Assembly: GCA_965262715.1 (NCBI GenBank)
Contig: OZ253553.1
Coordinates: forward strand, 2,720,001-2,784,000
Direction: 5' to 3'
Source: Bdellovibrionales bacterium
GTDB taxonomy: Bacteria > Bdellovibrionota > Bdellovibrionia > Bdellovibrionales > JAUICD01
DNA: 64,000 nt
Shown: piece by piece, positions 9,659-20,227 of the stretch
Layout of the letters: each line of letters starts with the position of its first letter
Numbering within the stretch: the stretch's first letter is position 1
Position numbers and translations under genes: made by a program
Notes under the pieces: model-generated
Databases searched by the model: none
The model's input: only the letters and a program-made list of their open reading frames with translations
Told to the model about the DNA's origin: nothing

Positions 9659-12514
9659 ATGCATAAGAAATACATTTTGAGTGTGGGTATATTATTTTTA
9701 GTGCTGATGGGTAATGGCTGTGGGCAGGAAGAACTTGATCTTAAAAGCACTTTGGATACAAATAATACGGCATCTTCTAATGTAGAGCAAAAACCTCCAG
9801 CTCCTCATGTTCCTATTCCAAACCCTGGATCTAACTCAAACCCTAAGTCTAACACAAATTCAAATGATGGCCAAAATAACGATTCAGATACTGGCTCTAA
9901 CAACAATGGTCAAAATAACGATCCAGATCAGGGTGATACTTCTCCAGAAAATGACTCATCTGGAGACAATATTGCGCCAAAAGTGCAAATCAAAGGTTTA
10001 TTGAATGAACAGATAGTGTCTTTAACTGTCAAAGATGAAAATGGAAATATCGTAGATTCTGTTCAGACAAACTATAATAAAAAAATTGATCTAAGCCAAT
10101 TAGACCTTAACCTAGGTGATACTTATACAGTAACAGCAGAAACTCCTGGCTATAGTGTTTCAGAGCCACAAAGTTTTGTTGCCAGTGAAGAGAGTCAAGA
10201 TATAGAGATTACCTTTGAAAAAATAGAAGATGATTTATTTCATTATCATTGGGAAAATGACTTTGCTAATAAAGAATATGAATACTCTTCTGAAGCTCCA
10301 TCGCCACCACAAATTGAATTTTTAGATGAAATTGTATCAACTCCAGATAATGCATCAGCTCAAATCTTACTTGATGATTACAATATTATTTTGAGTAATG
10401 AAGAACTTACTTGGACACAAGATTATACGAATCGTTTATACAAAACAATTAGCCGCATTCCACATGATGAAATAAAAAAAGCTAAGTTTGTTTTAAAGAA
10501 TGATCATTTAAGTGATGATATTGATATAGAAGTTCAAGATGGTCAAAAAATAGTCTCTATCAGCAAACATGCATTTAATAATGCAGAACCTAGACTTGTT
10601 CGTTTTAATGGAGCTAGAGGGCGCTTCTTTTCTCATCGTTTGTTTCATGCCTTGGTTTATTTTTATACAAATGGTGGTCAAAATAGAAGAGCTGTTGCAA
10701 AAATCCTTGAAGATAAGTTTCATCTCTCATTAACACCTTCTAATATTCAAGCACTTACAGGTGAAGATCCAGATAATTTTCAAAAGTTTCATCATGCAGA
10801 ATTATTGGATATTATAACTGCGCTTGCTGAGATGCCGGCAGGCTATTATGAAGTCCCTGGATTACGTTATTTTTTGAGAAGAAAGGATGGACATCCACAT
10901 CCTTTATATCCAGAAGCTCCTGCTGTTGCATGGCCTCGTGGTGCTGATTCAGACAGTTATGTTGAGTTTATGGATTCTGCATTTAGACAGCTTGGTGGTG
11001 TTGGTTCAAGCATTGATCAAATAAGAGATTATATTCATCGTCTCATTTTACATGAAAAAACTCACTTCATTTATAGAAATGTACTTTCTGATAAATTAAG
11101 ACAAGAATGGATTACAGTTGCTGGTTGGTATGAAAATGCAAATGATCCTGATGGTTGGTCGAATAAATACACTACATCCTTTGTGAGTCCTTATGCTCAT
11201 AAGAAGAATCCTAATGAAGATATGGCAGAAACTGTATCCTACTATATTTTAAATCCCAATAAGTTAAAATCTGTAGCACCAGCAAAGTTTGAATTCATCA
11301 AGAGTCATATTATGAGTGGTTATGAATATGTCTTAGAAGTCAGAGAAGATCTGAAGTTTGAGGTTCTCAATCTTTTCCCAGATTATGATTACCCTGGAAA
11401 GATCAAAAGAGTAGATGTATATGCTCGTGGTGCAAAAGATGAAGATAAAAACATAGAAGTTGAGATTGAACTTTTGAATAAGGAAGGTTTTGAAGATGGA
11501 GCAGCAGGAGCTATGACACGTATCTTTAGTCCAAATGGTACTTTCATAGATATGAGGCTATACCCAGTCAATGGTAACGAGCATATATTAAAAGGAACTG
11601 CTAAATTATCTAAGTATGTTAAAGCAGGATACTGGAAAGTAGATCAAATTACAGTTACTGATGAGCATAACAATGACCGCATGGAAGGTGTGGATGATTT
11701 TGGATTTAAACTTTACATCAATAACCAAACAGAAGATACCACTCCACCAAAGTATGTTAAAGACTCATTAGAGATTGAAGTGACTCCTATCACTGTTAAT
11801 GGGCACCAGATTCATAGAGTCACTATTGAGTGGGATATAGAAGAAGATATGGAAATGCAAAAACATTCAGGAGTCTATGTAAATTTTGTTTCATTAGATT
11901 ATGATGAAGCTTATGCTCTACAAGAGTATGGTGATGTTAATCTTAGCACGAATAGAGCTAAAGTAGTTATTGATGTGACTGAATACTTTCCAGCAGGAAG
12001 GTACATTGTGGCCTACTTACGTATGCAAGATAAGGCTTTAAATTCAGGGAGTCAGTATTTCTCTGAAGATAATCCTAATCATGAAGAGCCAGTTATTGTA
12101 GATATAGAAACAACTAATCATGATAGCGTAAAGCCTACATTAGATGTCAATCGTATATCTATCACTGCAGCACCTGTAAATCCAGACAATCCAGATGGAC
12201 AGACAAATGTCACTATCACATATTATGCAAAAGATGATAAGTCAGGTGTCGGGCTTGTTAATTATGTCTTAATCAATCCAACAGGAAGAACTTTCTTTGA
12301 ATATCATTATCATAGTAATTTTTACACACAGTTCTTTAAGGGAGATCCTACAGCTTACAGGAAGTATGTGATTCACCATGTATTACCTAAAGGATCTGCT
12401 TCTGGTACATGGGGATTGAAAGAAATGAATATTAACGATAAGGGTGGTAACACAAAGAATTATGATTTTACTGAAGTCATGCACTTCTCATTAGAAAATG
12501 AAGAAAGTGAATAA
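9659..12514 (+). CDS. Large lipoprotein with zinc metallopeptidase domain
   Basis: GNGC lipobox, N/D/S-rich linker, HEKTH (HExxH) plus NEDMAE, C-terminal beta-rich domains. Confidence 0.7.
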   Translation: MHKKYILSVGILFLVLMGNGCGQEELDLKSTLDTNNTASSNVEQKPPAPHVPIPNPGSNSNPKSNTNSNDGQNNDSDTGSNNNGQNNDPDQGDTSPENDSSGDNIAPKVQIKGLLNEQIVSLTVKDENGNIVDSVQTNYNKKIDLSQLDLNLGDTYTVTAETPGYSVSEPQSFVASEESQDIEITFEKIEDDLFHYHWENDFANKEYEYSSEAPSPPQIEFLDEIVSTPDNASAQILLDDYNIILSNEELTWTQDYTNRLYKTISRIPHDEIKKAKFVLKNDHLSDDIDIEVQDGQKIVSISKHAFNNAEPRLVRFNGARGRFFSHRLFHALVYFYTNGGQNRRAVAKILEDKFHLSLTPSNIQALTGEDPDNFQKFHHAELLDIITALAEMPAGYYEVPGLRYFLRRKDGHPHPLYPEAPAVAWPRGADSDSYVEFMDSAFRQLGGVGSSIDQIRDYIHRLILHEKTHFIYRNVLSDKLRQEWITVAGWYENANDPDGWSNKYTTSFVSPYAHKKNPNEDMAETVSYYILNPNKLKSVAPAKFEFIKSHIMSGYEYVLEVREDLKFEVLNLFPDYDYPGKIKRVDVYARGAKDEDKNIEVEIELLNKEGFEDGAAGAMTRIFSPNGTFIDMRLYPVNGNEHILKGTAKLSKYVKAGYWKVDQITVTDEHNNDRMEGVDDFGFKLYINNQTEDTTPPKYVKDSLEIEVTPITVNGHQIHRVTIEWDIEEDMEMQKHSGVYVNFVSLDYDEAYALQEYGDVNLSTNRAKVVIDVTEYFPAGRYIVAYLRMQDKALNSGSQYFSEDNPNHEEPVIVDIETTNHDSVKPTLDVNRISITAAPVNPDNPDGQTNVTITYYAKDDKSGVGLVNYVLINPTGRTFFEYHYHSNFYTQFFKGDPTAYRKYVIHHVLPKGSASGTWGLKEMNINDKGGNTKNYDFTEVMHFSLENEESE

Positions 12515-12519
12515 GTCTG

Positions 12520-12847
12520 TTTCCCTAAAAATAGACCAGCCTCTGTTTCACTAAAAATGCCTCTTGCCTCTGGCAACTTTCTGGCATTGCCCCCAAACGG
12601 CCCTGCGCCGTTTGGCAAATAAGGCAATGCCTAGAAAGCCTGAAGCATTTTTACTAGAAGGATATCCTCGTTTTTTAACACGATGTTAGGGAAACTGTTA
12701 TTATTTACCAGTCAGCATGAAGACTTACGTCTTCAAGAAAATGCTGATTGCCTCATTTATTTATATGGGCAATCTTCAAAGAAGCTTGCCATCTGTCTAT
12801 TTTTAGGAAGGAGACTCTTTTCGTTTCTTTACGAAATGTTAAGGAAA
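12520..12847 (+). repeat. Composite structured repeat (inner unit 12546-12694); a further partial unit begins at ~12858
   Basis: Homologous to 5132-5460 with compensatory stem changes. Confidence 0.85.
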
Positions 12848-13119
12848 TCGTTGACTAAATCACTAAAAATGCATCTAGCTGTTTTCTGGCAATACGGCAA
12901 GCAGATATGACCATTCAAGTTCAACTTTTTAGCACAATAATCTGATCCAAGCAGTAATGGTATATTTATAATTTTATTCATCATCTTTTGTGGTTTTTGC
13001 AAAAATAACATCATAAAGTTCTATAAAACATAACAAATCTCTTAATGCTAATTTAAAAACTTTAAGTAAATACACCTTATAAAAAACAAATAAAATAAAT
13101 GTCTGAAATCCGGATTCGA

Positions 13120-13201
13120 TGTCCAATTTGTCGGACAATATCTTGTATTTTAAATCTGAAACCTTGTTTATTCCTGTTTTTAGCTTGGCATATATCTTGC
13201 C
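13120..13201 (+). promoter_or_regulatory. Rpn leader: TGTCC-N8-GGACA palindrome plus sigma54-type promoter
   Basis: TGTCCAATTTGTCGGACA and TTGGCATATATCTTGC; the same leader precedes four other Rpn copies. Confidence 0.6.
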
Positions 13202-13243
13202 TGTATTCCTATTAGGTTTTTTCACTTTAGGAGGGCATAAATT

Positions 13244-13378
13244 ATGGATTCAAATGATCAATATAAGTTATTAGACATTGAAGAATTTTTAAAAAAGTCT
13301 CATTTTTTAAAATTAACAAATGATACAGCTCTTAAAGCCCATTTTAAAGGTAATGAAGAGGTTTTAAAGTCCCTTTGA
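13244..13378 (+). pseudogene. 5' fragment of an Rpn (PD-(D/E)XK_2-type) gene
   Basis: MDSNDQYKLLDIEEFLKKSHFLKLTND... matches the start of 33912-34868; stops after 44 aa. Confidence 0.85.
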
Positions 13379-13437
13379 ATATGCTAAAAGTTTAAATGCA
13401 AAACAAAAACTTGCTATATCGCCTGTATCTTAAAAAA

Positions 13438-13560
13438 TTATTTTCTAAGTTTTTGGAGTTGTTGGATTGAAAGATTTGTTATTTGAGCTATAAGTTGCAA
13501 TTCCATATTTTGCTCTAACATTCGCAAAGCCACGTTTTCCATTCCTTTCTCTATTCTCTC
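13438..13560 (-). pseudogene. Rpn C-terminal module fragment
   Basis: Encodes ..ENVALRMLEQNMELQLIAQITNLSIQQLQKLRK*, homologous to modules at 56.3-56.8 kb. Confidence 0.7.
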
Positions 13561-13846
13561 TTTTCTTCCTTTTGCAAAAATTATGGTTTATAAATATCCT
13601 TTATGATTTTGTGCTCTCTTAAAGCCCTTAAAATAGAGCTTTTTGACTATGAAAGTTAAGTGAGTTTTTCAATATCACGAGTGGAAAGCTTGAGATCAAC
13701 ATAAAGTTTCCGTAATATTTTAGAGTTTTTTTCTGGAGTGTTAAGAAGATGTGTAATAAATAAAGAGACATAGTTAGAGTCATAGTTGGAGATATCCAAT
13801 ATTGCACTTACTCCACCAATTTCTCTAGAAATTGAAACTTCTGAGT

Positions 13847-13953
13847 TTTTTAATGATAAGAATGATAAGTAAGAGAGGGATTATGAGGCAATCAATCTGA
13901 AAGTTAAATTAACGTTATTAAACTTTCGGTAACAAATATTCTGAGGCAATTCG
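13847..13953 (-). mobile_element. Solo diverged left end of the ISNCY-like element
   Basis: Reverse complement begins CGAATTGCCTCAGAATATTTGTTACCGA, matching 22406 onward. Confidence 0.75.
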
Positions 13954-14023
13954 TCTATTTGAATACTTACTGTTCTATGGTTCCATGTTTGACAATATAG
14001 ATTAAACCTTGTAATATAAAAAT

Positions 14024-14243
14024 ATGCCTTTAGCCGGAAAAGTCATTGTCGCCTTATTAAAGAAGTATGGTTGGAAGCATGTGAGAACTAGGGGAAGTCA
14101 CCATATTAATTATGGCAAAGGGAAAGAAAACAATTCCTGTGCCTGTACATGGGAACAAATCCTTAGGTAAGGGATTAGAAAGCAAGATTTTAAAAGAGGC
14201 AGGGATTAAAAAACAAAAAAAATCAAGGATTAAAAAGAAATGA
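14024..14243 (+). pseudogene. hicA: HicA toxin, frameshifted near 14108
   Basis: LKKYGW..RGSHH in one frame, IPVPVHGNKSLGKGLESKILKEAG in the +1 frame; TTGACA-N17-TAATAT at 13989-14017. Confidence 0.85.
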
Positions 14244-14665
14244 AATATTTTGCTCGTATCACCCAACAAAAAGATAAATCATACCTTATTGAATTTCCTG
14301 AACTTGAAGGGTGTTTTACTGAGGGAAAAACTCTTGCTAAAGCAAAAAAGAATGCATCGGAAGCCCTTAATGGATGGTTGGCTTCTTGTTGCGATCGTAA
14401 TCTTAATATTCCTTATCCTAAGCAGAGAAGAGGCAAAAACTTTTATCCAATAATGGTTGATTTTCAAATATCATTAGCCATTGTTTTGAAAAGAAAAAGA
14501 AAACAAAAGAGACTATCTCAGGTTCAAATTGCAAAAAAACTTGGCATAACTCAACAAACTTATACTAAATTAGAAGCTTCTCTAAAAACAAACTTGTCAC
14601 TTACTACTTTGCAAGAATTATTAAAAGCTCTAAATATAGAATCACACTTTGACATAGCTGCTTAG
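14240..14665 (+). CDS. hicB: HicB antitoxin with C-terminal XRE HTH
   Basis: FPELEGCFTEGKTL..A..AL HicB motif; LSQVQIAKKLGITQ HTH. Confidence 0.9.
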   Translation: MKYFARITQQKDKSYLIEFPELEGCFTEGKTLAKAKKNASEALNGWLASCCDRNLNIPYPKQRRGKNFYPIMVDFQISLAIVLKRKRKQKRLSQVQIAKKLGITQQTYTKLEASLKTNLSLTTLQELLKALNIESHFDIAA

Positions 14666-15343
14666 TCTTAGTCTATGGTATATCTAAATAATAACCCTTA
14701 TGAAAAGACACACCATATCTAAATCATTAGAAAGGTAGTTTTGTGCTAGTGAGTTTTTTAGCAAGGCCTTCTGGTTTTGACTCTCTTCATGGTTATTTTC
14801 TCAACATCAAATAAAAACTCTTTGGCAAAATAACCCGACCCTAATAGTAATGATATATTTATAATCAATTTAATGAGTGTCTCCACTTTTCCTCCTTTTG
14901 CAAAAATTATGGTTTATAAATATCCTTTATGATTTTATGCTTTCTTAAAGCCCTTAAAATAGAGCTTTTTGGCTATGAAAATTAAGTGAGTTTTTCAATA
15001 TCACGAGTGGAAAGCTTGAGATCAACATACAATTTTAAGTAAAATTTCTAAATTTTTTCATGGAACATTAAGAAAACGTGTAATAAATAAAGATACATAA
15101 CTAGAACTATCGGAGGAAATACCTATAAATATGGCTACTGAAATATTATAGATTTTCGTTTTCGACAATTTGTAGCAGTAGTGCCGCCATTTGCACCTAC
15201 ACAGTGCCATGTATAATGTGTATTTGTATCGGCTATAGCTGCATCATTTGCTCTACCAGCAGAGCAACCGTTTTGTTGACTCTCATCACAAACACTGTTT
15301 ACTGGACAGGTTTTTGAATGTTCCAGGAAAAAATTTAGAAATT

Positions 15344-18300
15344 TTACTTACGTTTGAAACATATTACTGTTCCACCGCCATTTGAACCTTCACAAAGCCA
15401 TCCGTAATGTGTATCTGTATCTGCAAACGCGCCGTCGTTTGCAGTGCCGGAAGAGCAGGTATTTCTTTGGTTTTCTTGACTCTGGGAGCTGCCACCACTA
15501 CAAGCACCGTGTATTGGTGGTTTCTGTATCTGACAATTTGTAGCAGTAGCACCGCCTTTTGCGCCCATACAGAGCCATGTATAATGTGTATCTGTATCAT
15601 CTATTGCGCCGTCGTCTGGAGTCCCAGAGCTGCAGCCATTTCGTTGGCTGTTATCACAAACTCCTTCGATGATACTTTTTAATCTGGTACAATTTTGATT
15701 TCTACCTCCATGCAAACCTTCACAAACCCATTCATAATAGTAAATATTGTACCCATCTAGAAATGCATTTGCAGTTCCAGAAGAACAACCATTTCTTTGA
15801 TTCTGATCACAAACGCCATCGATAGGTATTAGCTTTTGACAATCTATAGCAGTAGTGCCGAAATTTGCACCTATGCAGTACCATCTATAATGTGTATTTG
15901 TATCTGCAATAACGCCGTCGTTTGCAGTGCCGGAAGAGCAGCTATTTTGTTTACTGTTATCACAAACGCCATGGATAGGCTAGTTTTTGACAATTTTGTG
16001 CTGTAGTGCCGCCATTTGAACCTTCACAGTGCCATGTATAATGTGTATTTGTATCGGCTATTACGGCGTCGTTTGCTCTGCCAGCAGAGCAGCCATTTCG
16101 CTGACTGTTATTACAAACACCGTTTACTGGTGCAGGTTTTGCCTTTTGACAATTTTGTGCTGTAGTGCCGCCGTTTGCACCTACGCAGTACCATCTATAA
16201 TGTGTATTTGTATCTGCAATAGCGTTGTCATTAGCAGTACCAGCAGAGCAGCCATTTTGTTGGTTGTTATCACAAGCACCGTTAATAGATTTTGCCTTTT
16301 GACAATTTTGTGCAGTAGTGCCGCCATTTGCACCTACGCAGTGCCATCTATAATGTGTATTTGTATCGGCTATTGCACCATCGTTTGCAGTGCCCGAAGA
16401 ACAGTCATTTCTTTGAGCATTATTACAAGCACCGTTAATAGATTTTGCCTTTTGACAATTTTGTGTTGTAGTGCCGCCGTTTGCACCTATGCAGTACCAT
16501 CTATAATGTGTATTTGTATCTGTTATAGCTGAGTCATTAGCAGTACCAGCAGAGCAGCCATTTTGTTGGTTGTTATCACAAGCACCGTTAATAGGTTTTG
16601 CCTTTTGACAATTTGTAGCAGTAGTGCCGCCGTTTGCACCTACGCAGTGCCATCTATAATGTGTATTTGTATCTGCAATAGCGTTGTCATTAGCAGTACC
16701 AGCAGAGCAGCCATTTTGTTGGTTGTTATCACAAGCACCGTTAATAGGTTTTGCTTTTTAACAATTTTGTGCAGTAGTGCCGCCGTTCGCACCTACGCAG
16801 TGCCATCTATAATGTGTATTTGTATCGGCTATAACTGAATCATTTGCTGTGCCAGCAGAACAACCATTTTGTTGACTGTTATTACAAACGCCGTTTACTG
16901 GTGCAGATTTTGCTTTTTGACAATTTGTAGCTGTAGTGCCGCCATTTTTACCTACACAGTGCCATGTATAATGAGTATTTGTATCTGCTATTACGTCGTC
17001 ATTTGCAGTTCCAGAAGAACAGCTATTTCTTTGACTGTTATTACAAACGCCGTTTACCGGTGCAGATTTTGCTTTTTGACAATTTGTAGCAGTAGTGCCG
17101 CCATTTTTACCCACACAGTGCCATGTATAATGAGTATTTGTATCTGCTATCGCTGAGTCATTTGCAGTTCCAGAAGAACAACCATTTTGTTGACTGTTAT
17201 TACAAACGCCGTTTACCGGTGCAGATTTTGCTTTTTGACAATTTGTAGCAGTAGTGCCGCCATTTGAACCTACACAATGCCATGTATAATGAGTGCTTGT
17301 ATCTGCTATAGCTGAATCATTTCCTATACCCGAAGAGCAGCTATTTCTTCGACTGTTGTTACAGACGCCATTGACAGGGATAGCTTTTGTACAACTTGCT
17401 GTTGCACCACCATTTGAGCCAACACAATGCCATGTATAATGAGTACTTGTATCAGCTATTGCGCCGTCGTCTGGAGTCCCAGCAGTACAACCATTTCTGA
17501 TGGTGTCATCGCCGCAAACACCATTTATTGGTGCTGCTGTATCAATGGCCATACTGCAGCAACCTGTAGCATCAGTGCCATCGTTGGTACCTAAACACTG
17601 CCACTGATAATGAGTTTCTGAATCATCTATGTCATTTAAAGTACCTTGACTGCAACCATTCTTAACGGAGTTATTACATTCTCCATTTACGATTGAAGAT
17701 GGATTGCGTGTAACACTCTGGCTTAATATAGAATTGTCACAAGTCTGATAACTTAATGGACCAGGTAAAGGTCCGGAAAAATAACAATAACTGCCTCCTG
17801 ATGGACAGTAATTATAATAAAACTGTTCAACTATACCATCTACTGAAGTTTGACTATCTATAGTGGTAGAAGAAGAGGTTGAAGCTTGTATTGCTATAGT
17901 ACTTTTTACACATGATTCACTTGAAGTGATATCTATTACACCATCACTGCAATTTAGTACATCCTCACTGCCACTATCAATTTGAAGTTCACATTGATTC
18001 GCATTTTGAATATTTGTATGTAATGTCCAAGTTCCACCTTCAGGTCTTAAATACTTATAAATGTTATTATTTTCTAACATCACAGCAATTTCTTCATCAT
18101 TATGTTTAATAATTATTGGATTAAAATGAGGTTTAGAATTAGAGCTCACTTGCAAAACTTGTTTTCGATAGGTGAGGCAATCAGAATTGTCAGGATCTTC
18201 TGCAGACACCTCAATAGTAACAGAACCAGTAGATTCATCGGTAAAGTCTAATTCAATACTTTCACTATCATCTTCGTTTGTCTCCTCAGTTGAAGAAGGT

Positions 18301-18911
18301 AATGTGACTTTCCATATAATGTTCGAAAAATCTGTAGCATTCTTTAATTCAAAAGTGGCAGTCTGTCCAACAGTCAAAGAACCGCTTTCAAGAAAGATCT
18401 CTAAGACATCTGTTAATGAGCATTCCTCACCAATCACGAGTTTTTTACTGGCCACAGTTAACAAATCGGAGTTTTTATAAGATGTAGCAAAAATATCATA
18501 ACTTCCAGGTTTTTTAAATTGATATTGATATTCTGGTTCAGTTGTTGTCTCTTCTCCATCAGTAACAATTTCAAAGGCTCTAGTGATTTTCCATTTAAAA
18601 TCTTCAGAATCAGAATGACTATTCATAACCTTTAGTTTCACATCAGTATCAATTAGGAAATGATCTTCTATCGAGATGCTTTCATCTTCTGATGGTAAAT
18701 AAGCAATAATATAACCTTTATCATTAGATACCGTTTGTTCAGAAAACAGGTTAGGAGCTTGACTTACATTTGAACCGCAGTTTTGAAAAGCTAATAACAA
18801 GAAAAGTGAAGCCAATAGAATTATATAAAAAGTATTATTAAAACTTAACAAAAAATGCTTTTTTATGTTTCGTTTTTTTATAACCCTAAAGAATTTCATT
18901 ATTCTTGTCAT
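15344..18911 (-). pseudogene. Large Cys-rich tandem-repeat surface lipoprotein (~15 units of 51-53 aa), broken by a stop at 16758-16760 and a frameshift at ~15981
   Basis: FQNC motif; repeats PxNGxC..NGC.SG..DT.THY.W.C.G.NGG....C continue in frame past the TAA (CAA in sister repeats); a detached extra unit lies at ~15160-15310. Confidence 0.8.
16758..18911 (-). CDS. Intact 717-aa N-terminal portion of the Cys-rich repeat protein
   Basis: ORF track; signal/FQNC motif, beta-rich domains, first 6 repeats. Confidence 0.75.
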   Translation of the reverse strand: MTRIMKFFRVIKKRNIKKHFLLSFNNTFYIILLASLFLLLAFQNCGSNVSQAPNLFSEQTVSNDKGYIIAYLPSEDESISIEDHFLIDTDVKLKVMNSHSDSEDFKWKITRAFEIVTDGEETTTEPEYQYQFKKPGSYDIFATSYKNSDLLTVASKKLVIGEECSLTDVLEIFLESGSLTVGQTATFELKNATDFSNIIWKVTLPSSTEETNEDDSESIELDFTDESTGSVTIEVSAEDPDNSDCLTYRKQVLQVSSNSKPHFNPIIIKHNDEEIAVMLENNNIYKYLRPEGGTWTLHTNIQNANQCELQIDSGSEDVLNCSDGVIDITSSESCVKSTIAIQASTSSSTTIDSQTSVDGIVEQFYYNYCPSGGSYCYFSGPLPGPLSYQTCDNSILSQSVTRNPSSIVNGECNNSVKNGCSQGTLNDIDDSETHYQWQCLGTNDGTDATGCCSMAIDTAAPINGVCGDDTIRNGCTAGTPDDGAIADTSTHYTWHCVGSNGGATASCTKAIPVNGVCNNSRRNSCSSGIGNDSAIADTSTHYTWHCVGSNGGTTATNCQKAKSAPVNGVCNNSQQNGCSSGTANDSAIADTNTHYTWHCVGKNGGTTATNCQKAKSAPVNGVCNNSQRNSCSSGTANDDVIADTNTHYTWHCVGKNGGTTATNCQKAKSAPVNGVCNNSQQNGCSAGTANDSVIADTNTHYRWHCVGANGGTTAQNC

Positions 18912-19065
18912 TGCTCTATACTTTCATCATCGTTGTATTACGAACCTTCTTTTATGTGCTATGTGGTGCTAGTTGTCTAAAAACTTGAAAGGTAAAATAA
19001 GTAAAAATATCAAAAATGTAAATCTTTAAAACCAAGCCAAAAGACTGGGTTTTTAGCCTACCTGG

Positions 19066-19243
19066 ACTGTAACTTACGTACAAAAGTTACAGTATTAAGT
19101 TATTGAAATAACTACCGATACAGGTATTGAAGAGCTTTAATTGCTAATAGTCTTTGGTGTGGAAAATGACCAAAAACATCAATGATTTTAAGGGGTCAGG
19201 ACTGTAACTTATGTACGTAAGTTACACTATCAAGTTATTGATT
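19066..19243. promoter_or_regulatory. Two 28-bp 11-6-11 palindromes (19066-19093, 19201-19228), each followed by an IHF-like site
   Basis: ACTGTAACTTA-CGTACA-AAAGTTACAGT and ACTGTAACTTA-TGTACG-TAAGTTACACT; AAGTTATTGA follows both. Confidence 0.55.
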
Positions 19244-19504
19244 TCATTGAGCTATTCGGAATTTCTATCTTTTCTCGATATGGCATTAAGGTCATGTAAA
19301 GGTCTAGGACCGTTGCAAATTGATACAATATGTGCCTTTTTTGAAAATAACTCCTTATATTTTCTTTTTAGTGAAACAATGATTAATAATATGAAACAGA
19401 TATAAAAAACGTTCATCAAAAACATAAATTAATTCTCAAATGAGATTTTTCAATTTTTAAATGATACCCACAACTCTCTTACTTAATTTAATAAGAGTTA
19501 CGGG

Positions 19505-20227
19505 TTACGGAGTGGGGTTCTGTGATCTGATCACTGAATCAAAAGGCCCATTACAACTACCATACTTGTTATAGGCTATGCTTTCAGGTACCAAGACCCA
19601 TTGTAAGAGAAGACCACCTCCTATCGGCCGGTCAACAACACGACTGAGAGAGAGCCTAATTATAAGTTCATTAGAATGAATGAATTGAACGTTAGCTCTA
19701 GCAATCATATTAAAAGGTTCTAAAGCTATTGTACCTTCTATACCTTCACATTGAAAAAGCCGACAACCACGTTGACCTCTATTTATAAGATCCTGTTCTT
19801 TCCTAGTCAATTTTTCTGGATAACATTTCACAGAATTGCTATTAGTTTCTCTATTATTTTCTAAGAGCCACTGTTTATACTTATCAGAGATATAGTGCAA
19901 ATGTATAATTTCTATATTCGCAATTGATAATGGTACAGATAAAACCACAGTTTGATCATTTTGTGTTGCAGACGAACAATGCTCACAACTATTCAAGACA
20001 GTAGCTAATGCAGATGTAAAAGTTGAATCACCTCTATTTGCTTCAAAAAAGTTTTCAAAATCTTCACTTAAAAGATCACTCAAAGTACCAGAGCGACATT
20101 CTTTTAAAAAAACAGTATTATTATCTTCAATTAAGTAAACATCACCTTCTTCACATTGCTGAGCAAAAGATGGAAAACATACTAAATAAAGAAATAAAAA
20201 TAAACCTGTAATAATATAACTTTTCAT
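19505..20227 (-). CDS. Hypothetical secreted protein
   Basis: 240-aa ORF with a signal peptide ending SFA-Q. Confidence 0.7.
   Translation of the reverse strand: MKSYIITGLFLFLYLVCFPSFAQQCEEGDVYLIEDNNTVFLKECRSGTLSDLLSEDFENFFEANRGDSTFTSALATVLNSCEHCSSATQNDQTVVLSVPLSIANIEIIHLHYISDKYKQWLLENNRETNSNSVKCYPEKLTRKEQDLINRGQRGCRLFQCEGIEGTIALEPFNMIARANVQFIHSNELIIRLSLSRVVDRPIGGGLLLQWVLVPESIAYNKYGSCNGPFDSVIRSQNPTP

Larger units (their letters stand above)
13561..15125. repeat. ~240-bp direct repeats (13561-13800 and 14887-15125) bracketing hicAB
   Basis: Both begin TTTTC(T/C)TCCTTTTGCAAAAATTATGG and are near-identical for ~140 bp, then diverge. Confidence 0.8.

Noticed and set aside
12683..13225. ORFs 12683-12910, 12829-13014 and 12974-13225
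   Set aside because: They read through the structured repeat or antisense through the Rpn leader; no protein motifs.
15160..17700. Regular ~155-bp repeats as a CRISPR array; plus-strand Cys/Val-rich ORFs
   Set aside because: Whole units are homologous and in-frame coding on the minus strand, with no unique spacers; the plus-strand ORFs are antisense shadows.
19066..19228. Chromosomal dif site
   Set aside because: The arms do not match the XerD consensus TTATGTTAAAT and there are two copies.
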